This document shows positions 63,419 to 64,000 of a DNA stretch of 64,000 nucleotides, in pieces. A program made the position numbers and the translations under genes. This DNA comes from Octopus bimaculoides (lineage: Eukaryota), in the NCBI RefSeq assembly GCF_001194135.2, contig NC_068993.1, positions 32,733,138 through 32,797,137 of the forward strand, read 5' to 3'. The notes below the pieces were generated by a model, which was not told the origin of the DNA, did not search any database, and worked only from the letters and a program-made list of their open reading frames with translations. Within the stretch, counting starts at the first letter, position 1, and the number at the start of each line of letters is the position of its first letter.

Positions 63419-64000
63419 TGTGTGTGTGTATGTGTGTGTATCCAAATATGTTTTTTTATGATGTCTTACATTTTCTCATTAGATCTTTATGCTCAGCCAG
63501 GAACTATAGCATTCCTAAATCCATTGACATTTCTAGATCTTCACAGTCTCATCTTCTGAATGAAGTGCCAGTAGTGGCATTGTTTAATTTTATATATAAT
63601 AAACGTGAAGTTGGGTGTCTGTGTGAAGCCTTTTTAGAAGTTTATAGAAATCCACACTTTCCACTTTTTCGTAAAAAGTTTTACATCAATGGAATTTTCT
63701 CGATCTGAACTTTCCAGTGCAGTAATTAGATTTTTTAAATTCCGTTTACTTTGTGTGATTTAAGGGAGATTTGGCTGTTGTTTCTAGCAACTTTTATATT
63801 TCTTCCCTTCTACCTGTAACGGCTTTCTTATACACATATATTACGCGTTCTCTATTCCTTTTTCCCCCTCTTCCTCTCTCGCTCTCTCAAGCGCATACAC
63901 ATGCAAGTAAACACAATCATTCACAAAAATATAACTCATGTTTGTCAATATGGCATAACTACAGAGTTGTACCCCCCGACTTTGGAAGGTCATAACTTTC

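Overview
AT-rich, repeat-dense eukaryotic (metazoan) DNA from a gapped assembly with five N runs. The repeat families and microsatellite load look like an Octopus-type cephalopod; this is inference from memory, not a search result. The only well-supported host gene segment is the terminal coding exon of mitochondrial lipoyl synthase (LIAS, + strand, 4691-5382). A second, weak candidate is a minus-strand terminal exon near 53.5 kb. The rest is mostly transposable elements: Tigger/pogo, two Tc1/mariner fragments, a Helitron, piggyBac-type MITEs, tRNA-derived SINEs, RTE LINE 3' ends, many R4/Dong-clade fragments, three Ty3/Gypsy elements (one three-tier nest with intact TSDs) and several Penelope-like elements (PLEs). 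The signal least explained by the ORF track is RNA structure. At least four distinct families of minimal type I hammerhead ribozyme motifs occur, each with a short palindromic stem III, tied to PLE terminal repeats. They include an ORF-less 455-bp inverted repeat with a complete hammerhead core on each arm, a CUGUUGA core variant, and a tRNA-like cassette upstream of a hammerhead. A non-autonomous LTR element also carries four copies of its LTR-end/tRNA-Trp primer-binding-site junction. All alignments were done by eye, and boundaries of decayed elements are approximate.
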